NCBI GenBank assembly: GCA_963796455.1
Contig: CAWCLO010000001.1
Span: 1,216,001 to 1,280,000 of the forward strand
Direction: 5' to 3'
DNA length: 64,000 bases
From: Candidatus Sulfomarinibacteraceae bacterium
Lineage (GTDB): Bacteria; Acidobacteriota; Thermoanaerobaculia; Thermoanaerobaculales; Sulfomarinibacteraceae
Within the stretch, counting starts at the first letter, position 1. Every line of letters begins with the position of its first letter. This document shows positions 10,202-19,751 of the stretch, piece after piece. The translations under genes and the position numbers were made by a program. The notes beneath the pieces are model-generated. The model saw only the letters and a program-made list of their open reading frames with translations, was not told the DNA's origin and did not search any database.

Positions 10202-10945
10202 ATGCGAGCGAGACATCGACAGGAATTGACGGTCCGATCCTACGAGACCGACCCCGTTGGGCGCCTCCAGGTGCCGATTCTGTGCAAACTCCTGCAGGAG
10301 GTGGCGGTCGCCCACGCCGCCATTCTCGGGGTCGCGGTGGAAACCCTGTTCGAGCGCGGCACGGCCTGGGTGCTGTCCCGACTCCATCTCAGCATGCGAC
10401 GGTGGCCAGGGGCGGACGAGGAGATCCTCATCGAAACCTGGCCGGAGGCGATGAACCGGCTTTTTGTCGAGAGGCGCTTCAGCGTCATGGCGCAGGATGG
10501 GTCCCCGATCGGATCCGTCTCGACCCTCTGGTTCGTGCTCGATCTCAACAGACGACGGCCGGTCCGCCTGCCGGCAAACATCGGTGACAAAATCGACGGC
10601 TATGACATCGGCCCCGATCCGATGCGCCCACCGGAGCTCTTGCCACCGGACTCGGTCGATCGCGAGCTCGCCTTCACCGTCCGTCGCTCGGATCTGGACA
10701 TGGCGGCCCACGTCAACAACACGAGCTATGTGGAATGGGCCATCGAGGCGGTTCCTGACTTGGTGTGGAGCGACTGCGACCTCACCCGTCTCGAAATCCA
10801 GTTCCTGAGGGAGTGCCACCACGGCCACACGGTACTGTCGCGCAGCCAGACTGTCGATGGCGAGGTCCGCCACCAGTTGGTGCGGCATGAGGACGGGATC
10901 GAGGTGGCAAGGGCGCGCACGGTTTGGCAGGAACGGGATCAATAG
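10202..10945 (+). CDS. Acyl-ACP thioesterase (double hotdog)
   Basis: VRSYETD, WVLSR, VRRSDLDMAAHVNNTSYVEW, FLREC. Confidence 0.9.
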   Translation: MRARHRQELTVRSYETDPVGRLQVPILCKLLQEVAVAHAAILGVAVETLFERGTAWVLSRLHLSMRRWPGADEEILIETWPEAMNRLFVERRFSVMAQDGSPIGSVSTLWFVLDLNRRRPVRLPANIGDKIDGYDIGPDPMRPPELLPPDSVDRELAFTVRRSDLDMAAHVNNTSYVEWAIEAVPDLVWSDCDLTRLEIQFLRECHHGHTVLSRSQTVDGEVRHQLVRHEDGIEVARARTVWQERDQ

Positions 10946-10954
10946 GCGGAGAGG

Positions 10955-11472
10955 CTCGATACCAGATACTAGATGCTAGATGCTGGATGCTGGATGCTGG
11001 ATCCCGATCCTGTTGCCGTTATCGAAGGGGAAAGGGAGAACCACCCGACACTGATTTCGCAATTTGGGGAGTGTCGCTTCCCGATGTCATCCTGAGCGGA
11101 GCCCTGCAGGGCGTAGTCGAAGGATCTATGGCGCACACGGGAGAGACCCACGACCGCAGATCCTTCGACTTCGCGCCGAATGCGCTTCGCTCAGGATGAC
11201 ATCTTGAACGACAGTTCCGATCCCGTTCCCGAAAGGGAGAAAGGGAGAAAGGGAGAAAGGGAGAAAGGGAGAAAGGGAAAACCGTACCGGAAGCGATCCA
11301 CGTGATAAGGGGCGGGTCTCCTCTGCTCCTCTGCTCCTCTGCTCCTCTGCTCCTCTGCTCCTCTGCTCCTCTGCTCCTCTGCTCCTCTGCTCCTCTGCTC
11401 CTCTGCTCCTCTGCTCCTCTGCTCCTCTGCCCCTCTGCTCCTCTGCCCCTCTGCCCTCTCTGCCCCTCTGCC
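10955..11472. repeat. Composite intergenic repeat element, copy A: GATGCTG heptamers, nested palindrome 11083-11203, GGGAGAAA array, ~18-unit TGCTCCTC array
   Basis: GATGTCATCCTGAGCG...CGCTCAGGATGACATC with inner AGTCGAAGGATCT...AGATCCTTCGACT; shares core modules with 23.8 kb and 50.5 kb copies. Confidence 0.9.
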
Positions 11473-11492
11473 AGGTCGAGGGGCGGTCGTTC

Positions 11493-12545
11493 CTAAATCA
11501 AACTCTCGGCTGTGCCGGCAAGCACCGCCACCCAATGATTGAGATTCTGGAATCGTGGATCCTTCGTCTGGCCGTGGTACGCGCGGTAGTAAATCTGCTG
11601 CACAATAACTGCAAGACGGAAGAGGCCGAAGCAATAATAGAATCCGAAATCGCCGATCTCGAGCCCGCTCGAAGCAGCATAAAGCGCCACCACTTCGGCC
11701 CGCGTCGGCGCACCTTCGGCGGTGGTCGGCATCATCCGCATGGCCTGCATCAGGGGTGGATCAGCGGCCTCCACCCAATAGGCCAGGGAGGCCCCGAGAT
11801 CCATCAACGGATCGCCAAGGGTGGCCATCTCCCAATCGAGCACACCGATGATCCGCGTCGGATCACCGGCATCGAGCACCACGTTGTCGAGCCGGAAATC
11901 GTTGTGGACGATACAGCCCGAACCGACTTCGGGTGGTCGGTGCTCCTGCAACCACGCCATGATCGCTTCGCAATCGGGCACATCGGGGGTGCGGGCATTC
12001 CGGTACCTTTTCGACCACCCGTCAACCTGACGTTCCACATAACCCTCGGCCTTGCCGAAATTTGCGAGCCCGACCGCCTTCGGATCAATGGCATGGAGCT
12101 CCGCTTGGGTGCCAACAACCTGTCTGAAGACGGCACCGATGTCGTCCGGCGACATCTCGAGACCGGGCGGAAAATCACGCCGGACAATAACGCCCTCGAT
12201 CCGCTCCATGACGTAGAAGGGGCTGCCGATGATCGTCTCGTCATCGCTGTAAAGCAGAGGTTTTGGGCAGTATGGATAACTGTCACGGAGCGCGGCCAGA
12301 ACGTCGTGTTCGCGCTGCATATCGTGGCCGCTCTTGGGTTTGCTGCCAAAGGGCGGACGCCGCAGTACGAGGTCGACTTCGCCTATCCGGAGCAGATAGG
12401 TGAGATTCGAGAACCCCGATGGAAACTGGGTCACCTCGACAATGCCCTCCAGGCCGAGTTGATCCTGAAGGTATGGCGCGAGCCGCTCGAGATCGAGCTC
12501 TTCGCCCCGGCGAACGGCGGTCGGTCGATCAATCGTATTGGTCAT
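11493..12545 (-). CDS. Phosphotransferase (APH-like, ACAD10 N-terminal-like)
   Basis: QFPSGFSNLTY, LRRPP, HNDFRLDN, LDWEMATLGDPLMDLG. Confidence 0.9.
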   Translation of the reverse strand: MTNTIDRPTAVRRGEELDLERLAPYLQDQLGLEGIVEVTQFPSGFSNLTYLLRIGEVDLVLRRPPFGSKPKSGHDMQREHDVLAALRDSYPYCPKPLLYSDDETIIGSPFYVMERIEGVIVRRDFPPGLEMSPDDIGAVFRQVVGTQAELHAIDPKAVGLANFGKAEGYVERQVDGWSKRYRNARTPDVPDCEAIMAWLQEHRPPEVGSGCIVHNDFRLDNVVLDAGDPTRIIGVLDWEMATLGDPLMDLGASLAYWVEAADPPLMQAMRMMPTTAEGAPTRAEVVALYAASSGLEIGDFGFYYCFGLFRLAVIVQQIYYRAYHGQTKDPRFQNLNHWVAVLAGTAESLI

Positions 12546-12559
12546 GTCGACAGTGTCGC

Positions 12560-12748
12560 CGATTCCCGGTTCAGGAGAAAGGGGAAAGGGGAAAGGGGGA
12601 AAGGGGGAAAGGGAGCACGTTACAGGAAGCGCGGCTTCTGATAAGGGCCGGGTCTCCTCTGCTCCTTTTTTTCTGCTCCTCTGCTCCTCTGCTCCTCTGC
12701 TCCTCTGCTCCTCTGCTCCTCTGCTCCTCTGCTCCTCTGCTCCTCTGC
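12560..12748. repeat. Partial composite repeat element (purine octamer array, TGATAAGGG linker, TGCTCCTC array)
   Basis: GGGGAAAG-type units, then TGATAAGGGCCGGGTCTCCTC, then (TGCTCCTC)n. Confidence 0.85.
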
Positions 12749-12765
12749 CTGTTTTCGAGAGGGGA

Positions 12766-14520
12766 TTATGCGACCAGCAACTCCTCGCCCGCCTTCACCA
12801 ACCGCGCATAGGGACCATCGACCGCGAGGAGTTCGTTGTGGCTTCCCTGCTCGACGATACGGCCGCGATCGAGCACCACGATACGATCGGCCCGTTCGAC
12901 GGTCGACAGCCGGTGGGCGATGACCAGCACCGTCTTCCGTTCGAAGATCCTCGCCAGCGCATCCTGGATCAGCTGCTCGGTAAGGGAGTCAATCGAGGCG
13001 GTGGCTTCGTCGAGCACCACCACCGAGAGCTCGTGGGCCATGGCGCGGGCGAAGGTCAGCAGTTGGCCCTCTCCGACCGAAAGATCGGCGCCGCGTTCGC
13101 GTAGGACATGATCCCACCCAACCCTTTCCACCACGCGGTCTGCATGGACCAGGACCGCCGCCGCCTCGGTGCTCGCCGCCTCGATCTCTGGATTGCCGAG
13201 GTCGATATTGAAGCGCACGGTCTCGGAAAAGAGCTGCGGATCCTGGCGGACTCCTGCGATGTGGCGTCGGACATCCCGCGGCCGCAGTTCTCGGAGTTCT
13301 TCGCCATCGAGGGTGATGCTGCCGCGATATCCGGTGTAGGAGGTATCGAGGATCCGCGACAGGGTGGTCTTACCCGATCCGGTGGCGCCGACCAAGGCAA
13401 CCACCTCGCCGGGGCTGATGTCGAGATCGATCGCATGCAGGACGTCCTCAGCGTCCTCGCGATAGCTGAAGCTGACATCCCGCATGACGATTTTGCCGAC
13501 AACCTCCGCTTTCGCGATGCCTTCATCGGAAACCGTCTGCGTGACATCGAGCAGATCGAGAATCTTCTCGACCGCAGCCGCGCCCCGTTGAAGCACCGCA
13601 ACCCGCGAGGACAACTCGCGCAGCGGCCGGAAAAGCCGGTCGAGGTATTCGATGAAGGCCACCAACAACCCGGCGCTGAGCGGTTCCGTCAAAGGCACCG
13701 GGAACCCCATCCTGGAGGCGAGGCCCGAGCCGTACCACAACATGACTGCGACGCAGATCGAGGCGGCACCATCGACCATGGCATACATGAAAGCGTCGTA
13801 GAGGTTGGATCGGGTGGTGGCGCGGCGATAACGATTGTTGAGCGGATCGAAGAGTGCTTCGCTTTCGTTTTCGTTGCTGAAGAGCTGCACCACCTCGACC
13901 CCATCGACCCGCTCGGCAACGAATGCGTTGACTGCCGCCAGGGCCTCACGCACCTCCAGATACAACACCCGCAAACGACGCCGAATAAATTCAAGGATCG
14001 CGAGCATCGGCGGTGCGGCCAACAACAACACGATGGTCAGTCCGGCATCGAGCCAAAACATGGCCGCCAGCGTGCCGGCGATCATCAACAGATCGAGGAT
14101 GATGTTGATCAGCCCCGATGAAAAGGCCTCACCCAGCGCATCCACATCCGAGGTCGCACGGGTCATCAACTTGCCCGCCGGTTGCCCGTCGAGATAGCTC
14201 TGCCTCAAACCCAAGATTTTTTGGTAAATTGCGGACCGGAGTCTCACGATACTGCGCTGTCCTCCCCACGCGAGTGCGAGGACGTAACCTGCTTCCAGAA
14301 TATAGGCGAAAAAGACGGCTCCGAGATAAAAGAGGGCCACCGTCATCAGACCCTCGCCCACTCCCGGAACCACGTGGTCATCGATCACTGTTTTGAGCAG
14401 CCACGGCTGAACAAGACTCAGGGCCGCCGTCGCCGGCGTCAGCAGAAGCGCGAGGGCAAAGGTCCAGGCATCGGGCCTCAGATAGGGCCACAACCGACGA
14501 AACATCGAGGTCTGCTTCAT
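12766..14520 (-). CDS. ABC exporter half-transporter (TMD+NBD), subunit B
   Basis: GATGSGKT, degenerate signature LSVGE, VLDEAT, IAHRLST. Confidence 0.92.
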   Translation of the reverse strand: MKQTSMFRRLWPYLRPDAWTFALALLLTPATAALSLVQPWLLKTVIDDHVVPGVGEGLMTVALFYLGAVFFAYILEAGYVLALAWGGQRSIVRLRSAIYQKILGLRQSYLDGQPAGKLMTRATSDVDALGEAFSSGLINIILDLLMIAGTLAAMFWLDAGLTIVLLLAAPPMLAILEFIRRRLRVLYLEVREALAAVNAFVAERVDGVEVVQLFSNENESEALFDPLNNRYRRATTRSNLYDAFMYAMVDGAASICVAVMLWYGSGLASRMGFPVPLTEPLSAGLLVAFIEYLDRLFRPLRELSSRVAVLQRGAAAVEKILDLLDVTQTVSDEGIAKAEVVGKIVMRDVSFSYREDAEDVLHAIDLDISPGEVVALVGATGSGKTTLSRILDTSYTGYRGSITLDGEELRELRPRDVRRHIAGVRQDPQLFSETVRFNIDLGNPEIEAASTEAAAVLVHADRVVERVGWDHVLRERGADLSVGEGQLLTFARAMAHELSVVVLDEATASIDSLTEQLIQDALARIFERKTVLVIAHRLSTVERADRIVVLDRGRIVEQGSHNELLAVDGPYARLVKAGEELLVA

Positions 14521-16277
14521 GAGGCAGCCTCTTCCTGTTCGGCGGCACGCTGGCTCTGGACCAACCAACTGTCGCGGTAAATACCCGGCCGCAAAACCAA
14601 TTCGTTGTGACGACCGGTGTCCACCAGCTTGCCGCCATCAAGCACCAGGACCGTGTCGCAATGACGCAGGGCCGACAGGCGATGGCTGGCGATCAAAACC
14701 GTCGGCGCCTCCGGCCGGCCAGCAAGTTCGGAGATTGCCTCGACGAGCTGAGTTTCGGTGTGGTGGTCCACCGCCGACAGAACATCGTCGAGGATCAGCA
14801 GATCACCGCTGCGATAGAGCCCGCGAGCGAGCGCAACTCGTTGCCGCTGACCACCCGAAAGCATGATCCCCCGTTCGCCAACTACGGTCTCCATCCCCGA
14901 AGGGAGTGCTTCGAGATCACTTTCGAGCGCCGCCATCGAGACCGCACGGCGAACCGTTTGCGGGTCGGCACCGGCCGCGAGGGCGACGTTGTTCTCAATG
15001 GTGTCGGAAAAGAGAAACGGACGTTGCGGCACCATGGCCACGCGCTCTCTCCAACTTGTCAGGTCAAGGGTGGTGATATCGGTTCCGTCGATGATCACCG
15101 TGCCAGCCGGAGGGTTGTAGAGCCTTGCCAACAAGCGCAGCAACGTGCTCTTGCCACTGCCGGTACGGCCGAAAAGACCAACCACCGAGCCTCCATCGAT
15201 CACCGCCGTGAGCCCCTTGAGCACCATCCGATCCGGCTCGTCGGGGTAGGCGAAATGGAGGTTCTCGAGTTCAATCGTGGGCCCGCGACCAGCCTCTGAG
15301 ACGATCGGATCCTGGCCTTCCGGTCGTTCGACCGGAGCATCGACGAGTTCAAAAATCCTCTCAAGGGCGGCACGACCCCGTTGCACGACCGACATCATCC
15401 AGCCCATTGATCGTAAGGGCGGCAGAAAAACTGTGAGCAGGGCGCTGAAGGCCGCCAGCTCGCCGACGGTCAGAGCGCCTCGCAATACCATCGGCCCGCC
15501 AAAGGCGATCAAGGCAAACATGGCGACGCCACCCGACAGAACGAGCAACGGCAGTGCTGTGGATCGAATCAGAGCCAGCCGCATGCCCGTCTTCAACCAG
15601 TCGAGGTTGCGTTCTTCGAATCGCTCGATCATGGCTTCCTCGGCCACAAAGCCCTGGATTGCCGCCATTCCCTGGAGACTGCCGAGCACGTGTTCGGAGA
15701 TCTCCCCGAGCTGTTCCTGGCTGCGCCGCGCGAGATGAAACAGGCGGCGAATGCCGAATTGGACCAGCCCGGCTCCAATCACCACCGGCAGCAGAACCAT
15801 CAAAGTCAACTGTGGCGACAGCGACACCATCTTCCACCCGGTGAGCGCAATGGCCAGGGTGACGTTGATGACCTGAAGACCGGCAAACCCCACCAGAGTC
15901 CGAACCCAGGTGATGTCGTTCGATGCCCGGCTGACGATATCGCCCCTTTTGTGAGTGGCGTAAAAACCCGGTTGTAGTTGCATGAGATGGGCGAAGAGAT
16001 CCTTGCGAAGGTGGTATTCGACGTGTCTGCCCGGGTTGAATATCAGGATCCGCGACAGGCTCCGCACCACGATCACCGCCACACCCATGATGGCGATCAC
16101 GGCAACAAAATGCCCCAGCGGTTGGCCGGCGCGCAGGGCGTCGATGGCGTGGCCGATCTGCACCGGGATACTGACGGCGATGTAGTTGGTCACCCAAAGA
16201 AAAACGGCACCGGCGGCATAGCTCCAGCGATAGCGCCATGCGTAGACCTTGAGCAGCCGGAGGATCGGGTTCCCCAC
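14517..16277 (-). CDS. ABC exporter half-transporter (TMD+NBD), subunit A of a heterodimer
   Basis: GRTGSGKS, LSGGQRQR, non-canonical Walker B ILDDV; ATGA overlap with partner; start estimated. Confidence 0.92.
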   Translation of the reverse strand: MGNPILRLLKVYAWRYRWSYAAGAVFLWVTNYIAVSIPVQIGHAIDALRAGQPLGHFVAVIAIMGVAVIVVRSLSRILIFNPGRHVEYHLRKDLFAHLMQLQPGFYATHKRGDIVSRASNDITWVRTLVGFAGLQVINVTLAIALTGWKMVSLSPQLTLMVLLPVVIGAGLVQFGIRRLFHLARRSQEQLGEISEHVLGSLQGMAAIQGFVAEEAMIERFEERNLDWLKTGMRLALIRSTALPLLVLSGGVAMFALIAFGGPMVLRGALTVGELAAFSALLTVFLPPLRSMGWMMSVVQRGRAALERIFELVDAPVERPEGQDPIVSEAGRGPTIELENLHFAYPDEPDRMVLKGLTAVIDGGSVVGLFGRTGSGKSTLLRLLARLYNPPAGTVIIDGTDITTLDLTSWRERVAMVPQRPFLFSDTIENNVALAAGADPQTVRRAVSMAALESDLEALPSGMETVVGERGIMLSGGQRQRVALARGLYRSGDLLILDDVLSAVDHHTETQLVEAISELAGRPEAPTVLIASHRLSALRHCDTVLVLDGGKLVDTGRHNELVLRPGIYRDSWLVQSQRAAEQEEAAS

Positions 16278-16392
16278 GACCCTGTTCCTGTTATTTGATT
16301 CTTCGTGCAAACCCACGCTCCGTTTAACCGACGGATATCCTCTCATGTTTCGGTTCCGCCTGCCCTACTGGATGCTGGATGCTGGATGCTGG

Positions 16393-17242
16393 ATCAACTT
16401 TGTCCAAGACAGAGTCTCGGACAGCGACCGGGGACAGGGACGGGGAACGGCGTACAGCGTCAGGGAACAGGAGTCAGCTATCAGCGGCAGCGGCAGAGTC
16501 CAGCGGCAGCGACAGCGAACAGCGTTCAGCTCTTCGGATTCAATAGCCGCCAGGTCATGGCACGGACCTGATCGAAGGCCTTCATCGCTTCACTGGCTCC
16601 ATTCGGGCTGATCGCCCCGGCGTGGGCGAGGAGCTTCAGGTGGCTGTCGGCCTCTTTGGCCGAGGCGTAGGCGATTCGCCAGTGGTTCAATCGGTCTCTT
16701 CCGAAACGGCCGTGCCCTTCTGCCAGGTTCGCAGGGACCGAACTTGCCGACCGGATTACCTGATCGGCAATAGACTTCAGCGGAGCGGGAACCCTCATCA
16801 CGAGCTTGATCGCGATTCCTGCTGCTTCGAGGGCTTTTGAGTGGGCAACGAGGTTGGCGTTCGTGGCGGCTGAAGACATGGTCACCTCCGGGTCGTTCAT
16901 GCCCATATCCACAAGCCGGTGTGGTGGCCGATGTCAAGGATGCCCTGCACCCTGCCTGTCCTTGACATCGGCCGCCCACCGGCTACCCCTTGCTCTGAAC
17001 GACCCGGAGGTGGCCACAGCACCGACTGGACTCCTGATCGCTGCCGCTGAACACTGATCGCTGTTCCCTGTCGCTGTCCCTGTTCGCTGTTGCCTGTCGC
17101 TGCCGCTGCACGCTGTCGCTGCCGCTGTAATTCGGACGCGGACACGGGCAACAGCGAACCGGATATGCCAAAAACCAACCCGAAAACCACGTGCTGTCAG
17201 GCGGGAAACTTAAGGTGGCGACCTTTTTTGGACAGCAGTGAT
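16393..17242 (-). mobile_element. TIR-bounded four-helix-bundle element, copy 1 (850 bp, intact)
   Basis: Ends (minus strand) ATCACTGCTGTCCAAAA / TCTTGGACAAAGTTGAT; collinear with 34343-35233; flanked by CCAGCAT heptamers. Confidence 0.75.
16526..16879 (-). CDS. Four helix bundle protein (23S rRNA IVP / Avd-like family)
   Basis: DQVIRSASSVPANLAEGHGR and IAYASAKE motifs; GGAGGTG RBS; 112/117 aa identical to 34738-35091. Confidence 0.88.
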   Translation of the reverse strand: MSSAATNANLVAHSKALEAAGIAIKLVMRVPAPLKSIADQVIRSASSVPANLAEGHGRFGRDRLNHWRIAYASAKEADSHLKLLAHAGAISPNGASEAMKAFDQVRAMTWRLLNPKS

Positions 17243-17402
17243 GCTGGATGCTAAATGCGGCAAGATCATCGATTGTCCCCAACCGATGTCAAGAGCATTT
17301 TTGGGAATCTTGATGATCTGCCGATGGCAGCGGTTGAGGAAAGCGGCTGAATCCAGCATCCAGCATCCAGCATCCAGCATCCAGTATCGAGTATCGAGCA
17401 TC
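17243..17402. repeat. ~100 bp module bracketed by inverted GATGCTG/CAGCATC arrays
   Basis: Aligns by eye with 34190-34342. Confidence 0.65.
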
Positions 17403-17473
17403 CACGATCAGATCCCTGGGTGGACCACTTCAACGGACCGCGATAGGCTTCGCGAAACGGCTGGGGGTCCACG

Positions 17474-18007
17474 ATGTCCGAAACAATGCCGGAAGTACTG
17501 ATCAGCGAAGAGGAGATCCACGAAAAGGTCGAGGAACTCGCGCGGCGGATCTCGGTCGACTATCGCGATGTTGACGACCTCATTCTGATCGGCGTCCTCA
17601 AGGGCTCCTTTATCTTCCTCGCCGATCTCGCGCGTCATCTGACGGTCCCGCGAAGCGTCGACTTCATGGCGCTCTCGACCTACGGCGACGCCACCGATAC
17701 CGACGGCGCTGTCCGGATGATCATGGATCTTCGCCGCAATATCGCCGGCAAACACGTATTGGTCGTCGAGGACATCGTTGATACCGGCTACACTCTCGCC
17801 TATCTGATCCGGACCCTGGCTGCACGGCAGCCGGCATCCCTCAAGACCTGCGTATTGGTGCACAAACCGGACCGTCGCGAGGTCTACGCCCAAATCGACT
17901 ACCTCGGGTTCGAAATCCCTGATGTCTGGGTCGTCGGTTGCGGCCTCGACTGGGCCGAGAAGTTCAGGACGCTGCCGTATATCGGGGTTGTGAAACCGGA
18001 CGAGTGA
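17474..18007 (+). CDS. hpt: Hypoxanthine phosphoribosyltransferase
   Basis: GVLKGSFIFLADL, VLVVEDIVDTGYTL, GFEIPDVWVVGCGLD...RTLPYI. Confidence 0.95.
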   Translation: MSETMPEVLISEEEIHEKVEELARRISVDYRDVDDLILIGVLKGSFIFLADLARHLTVPRSVDFMALSTYGDATDTDGAVRMIMDLRRNIAGKHVLVVEDIVDTGYTLAYLIRTLAARQPASLKTCVLVHKPDRREVYAQIDYLGFEIPDVWVVGCGLDWAEKFRTLPYIGVVKPDE

Positions 18008-18298
18008 TTTCCTCGCCCTCGTCCGACCAGATCAGCCCAGAGCCAAAAAAAAGCAAGCCCGCGAACGGGCTTGAGAAGGAGGAGATTATCCGGTGCGTCC
18101 AATACCAATATAGATTGAATCTCGATTCTGTCGAGTGAGCCCGATCACACCCTCGGTTGGCGGGCCCGAAGGCGCGTTTCGCAGACGACGGCCCAACGGT
18201 GACGGGCACATCGGAATCGGGCACGGGCGCGGACTCGGACGCGGGCACGGATTCAGGTGGGGATGGCCAGAGGGCGATCGGCTGATACACTCTCCGCG

Positions 18299-19741
18299 AT
18301 GACGATTTCGACCTTGGATCTCATGCAGGTACCTCCCGGGCGGCGGATCTACGCCAACCGAACGCTCAATCTGCGGACAATCCGTGCCATCGGCTACGAC
18401 ATGGACTACACCCTGGTCCACTATCGAACGGATGTCTGGGAACGCCGCGCCTACGACCGCGCAAAGGAACTGCTCACCGAGGAGGGCTGGCCGGTCGGCA
18501 GCCTCGAGTTCGATCCCGAGTTCGTGATCCAGGGCCTCGTCATCGATATGGAGCTCGGCAATATCGTCAAGGCCAACCAGTTCGGCTATGTGATGCGCGC
18601 CGCCCACGGCACCCGGCTCATGTCCTTCGAAGAGCAGCGCGATGCCTATCGCCACACTCCGGTAGATCTCTCGGAACCCAGGTTTTCCTTTCTCAATACT
18701 CTCTTTTCACTTTCCGAAAGCTGTCTCTATGCGCAGCTCGTCGATCTATATGACCAAAATCGTTTTCCCCAGGTACACGGCTACGAGGATCTGTTCCGGA
18801 AGGTCCGCGCATGCCTCGATGAAGCCCACGTCGAAGGCACCATCAAGGCCGAGATCATGGCCGACCCCGAGCCATATATCGTTCTCGATCCACAAGCTCC
18901 ACAGGCGCTGTTCGACCAACTCAAGGCGGGCAAACGGCTGATGCTCATTTCAAACGCCGAATGGCCGTACGCCAAAGAAATCATGTCCTACGCCTACGAT
19001 CGATTCCTGGAACCGGGCGTGACCTGGCGAGACCTCTTCGAGTTGGTGATCGTCGGAGCCCGCAAACCGAGTTTCTTTCTCCACAATCTGCCGCTCTTTT
19101 CGATCGCAGACGAAGAAAAGGGCTTGCTGCAACCTGTACCGGCGGCGATTCCCGGTCCGGGCGCATACCTCGGTGGCAGCGCCTCGCTGGTGGAGGACTA
19201 TCTGGGTGTGTCCGGAGCTTCGATTCTCTATGTCGGCGACCATATTTTTGCCGACGTCAAGATGTCGAAATCGGCTCTGCGGTGGCGCACCGCATTGATT
19301 CTGCGCGAACTCGAGGACGAGCTGGCTGCGGTGGAAGCCTTCCGGGACACCGAGAAGCAACTGATCGAGATGATGGCGGCAAAGACCCAACTCGAATCGA
19401 AGCACAGTGTCGCTCGCCTGGCCCTGCAACGGTTGAATGCCGGATATGGCGAACAACCAACACACCCTGCCCATGAGATCGAGAAGGAGATCACCGAACT
19501 CCGGTCACGAACCGAGGAGCTCGATGCGCGCATCGCCCCGCTGGCCCGCAAGGCCTCCGAACTCGAAAACCCCCGCTGGGGCGGTCTGCTCAGATCCGGA
19601 AATGACAAGAGCCATCTCGCGAGTCAGATCGAGCGCTCCGCAGACATCTACACCTCGAGGATCTCGAACTTTCTTTTCACCACTCCATTCGCGTACCTCC
19701 GCAGCCAACGCGGCAGCATGCCACACGACCCGATCGTCTGA
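18299..19741 (+). CDS. HAD-IG family 5'-nucleotidase (cN-II-like)
   Basis: IYANRTLNL, GYDMDYTL, ARKPSFF, LYVGDHIFAD, WRTALILREL, ADIYTS. Confidence 0.92.
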   Translation: MTISTLDLMQVPPGRRIYANRTLNLRTIRAIGYDMDYTLVHYRTDVWERRAYDRAKELLTEEGWPVGSLEFDPEFVIQGLVIDMELGNIVKANQFGYVMRAAHGTRLMSFEEQRDAYRHTPVDLSEPRFSFLNTLFSLSESCLYAQLVDLYDQNRFPQVHGYEDLFRKVRACLDEAHVEGTIKAEIMADPEPYIVLDPQAPQALFDQLKAGKRLMLISNAEWPYAKEIMSYAYDRFLEPGVTWRDLFELVIVGARKPSFFLHNLPLFSIADEEKGLLQPVPAAIPGPGAYLGGSASLVEDYLGVSGASILYVGDHIFADVKMSKSALRWRTALILRELEDELAAVEAFRDTEKQLIEMMAAKTQLESKHSVARLALQRLNAGYGEQPTHPAHEIEKEITELRSRTEELDARIAPLARKASELENPRWGGLLRSGNDKSHLASQIERSADIYTSRISNFLFTTPFAYLRSQRGSMPHDPIV

Positions 19742-19751
19742 GACTATTTTG

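Noticed and set aside
8963..10942. 659-aa acyl-CoA dehydrogenase fusion
   Set aside because: The N-terminal ~260 aa is the antisense of the thioesterase; the real start is near 10153
11083..11472. CRISPR array
   Set aside because: No repeat-spacer periodicity and no cas genes
11191..11634. ORFs encoding RSRGAEEQ / LLLCSSAP repeats (also the priA N-terminal extension and 31729-32547)
   Set aside because: Translations of the stop-free octamer array
12766..16277. Degenerate ABC motifs as pseudogenisation
   Set aside because: Complementary degeneracy is normal for heterodimeric exporters
16393..17242. Diversity-generating retroelement (Avd-like gene)
   Set aside because: No reverse transcriptase and no TR/VR pair with adenine-specific mismatches seen
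18202..18256. CGGGCA/CGGAHT hexamer run as a coding PESVPA repeat
   Set aside because: Intergenic low-complexity tract like the other hexamer runs; ORF lacks support
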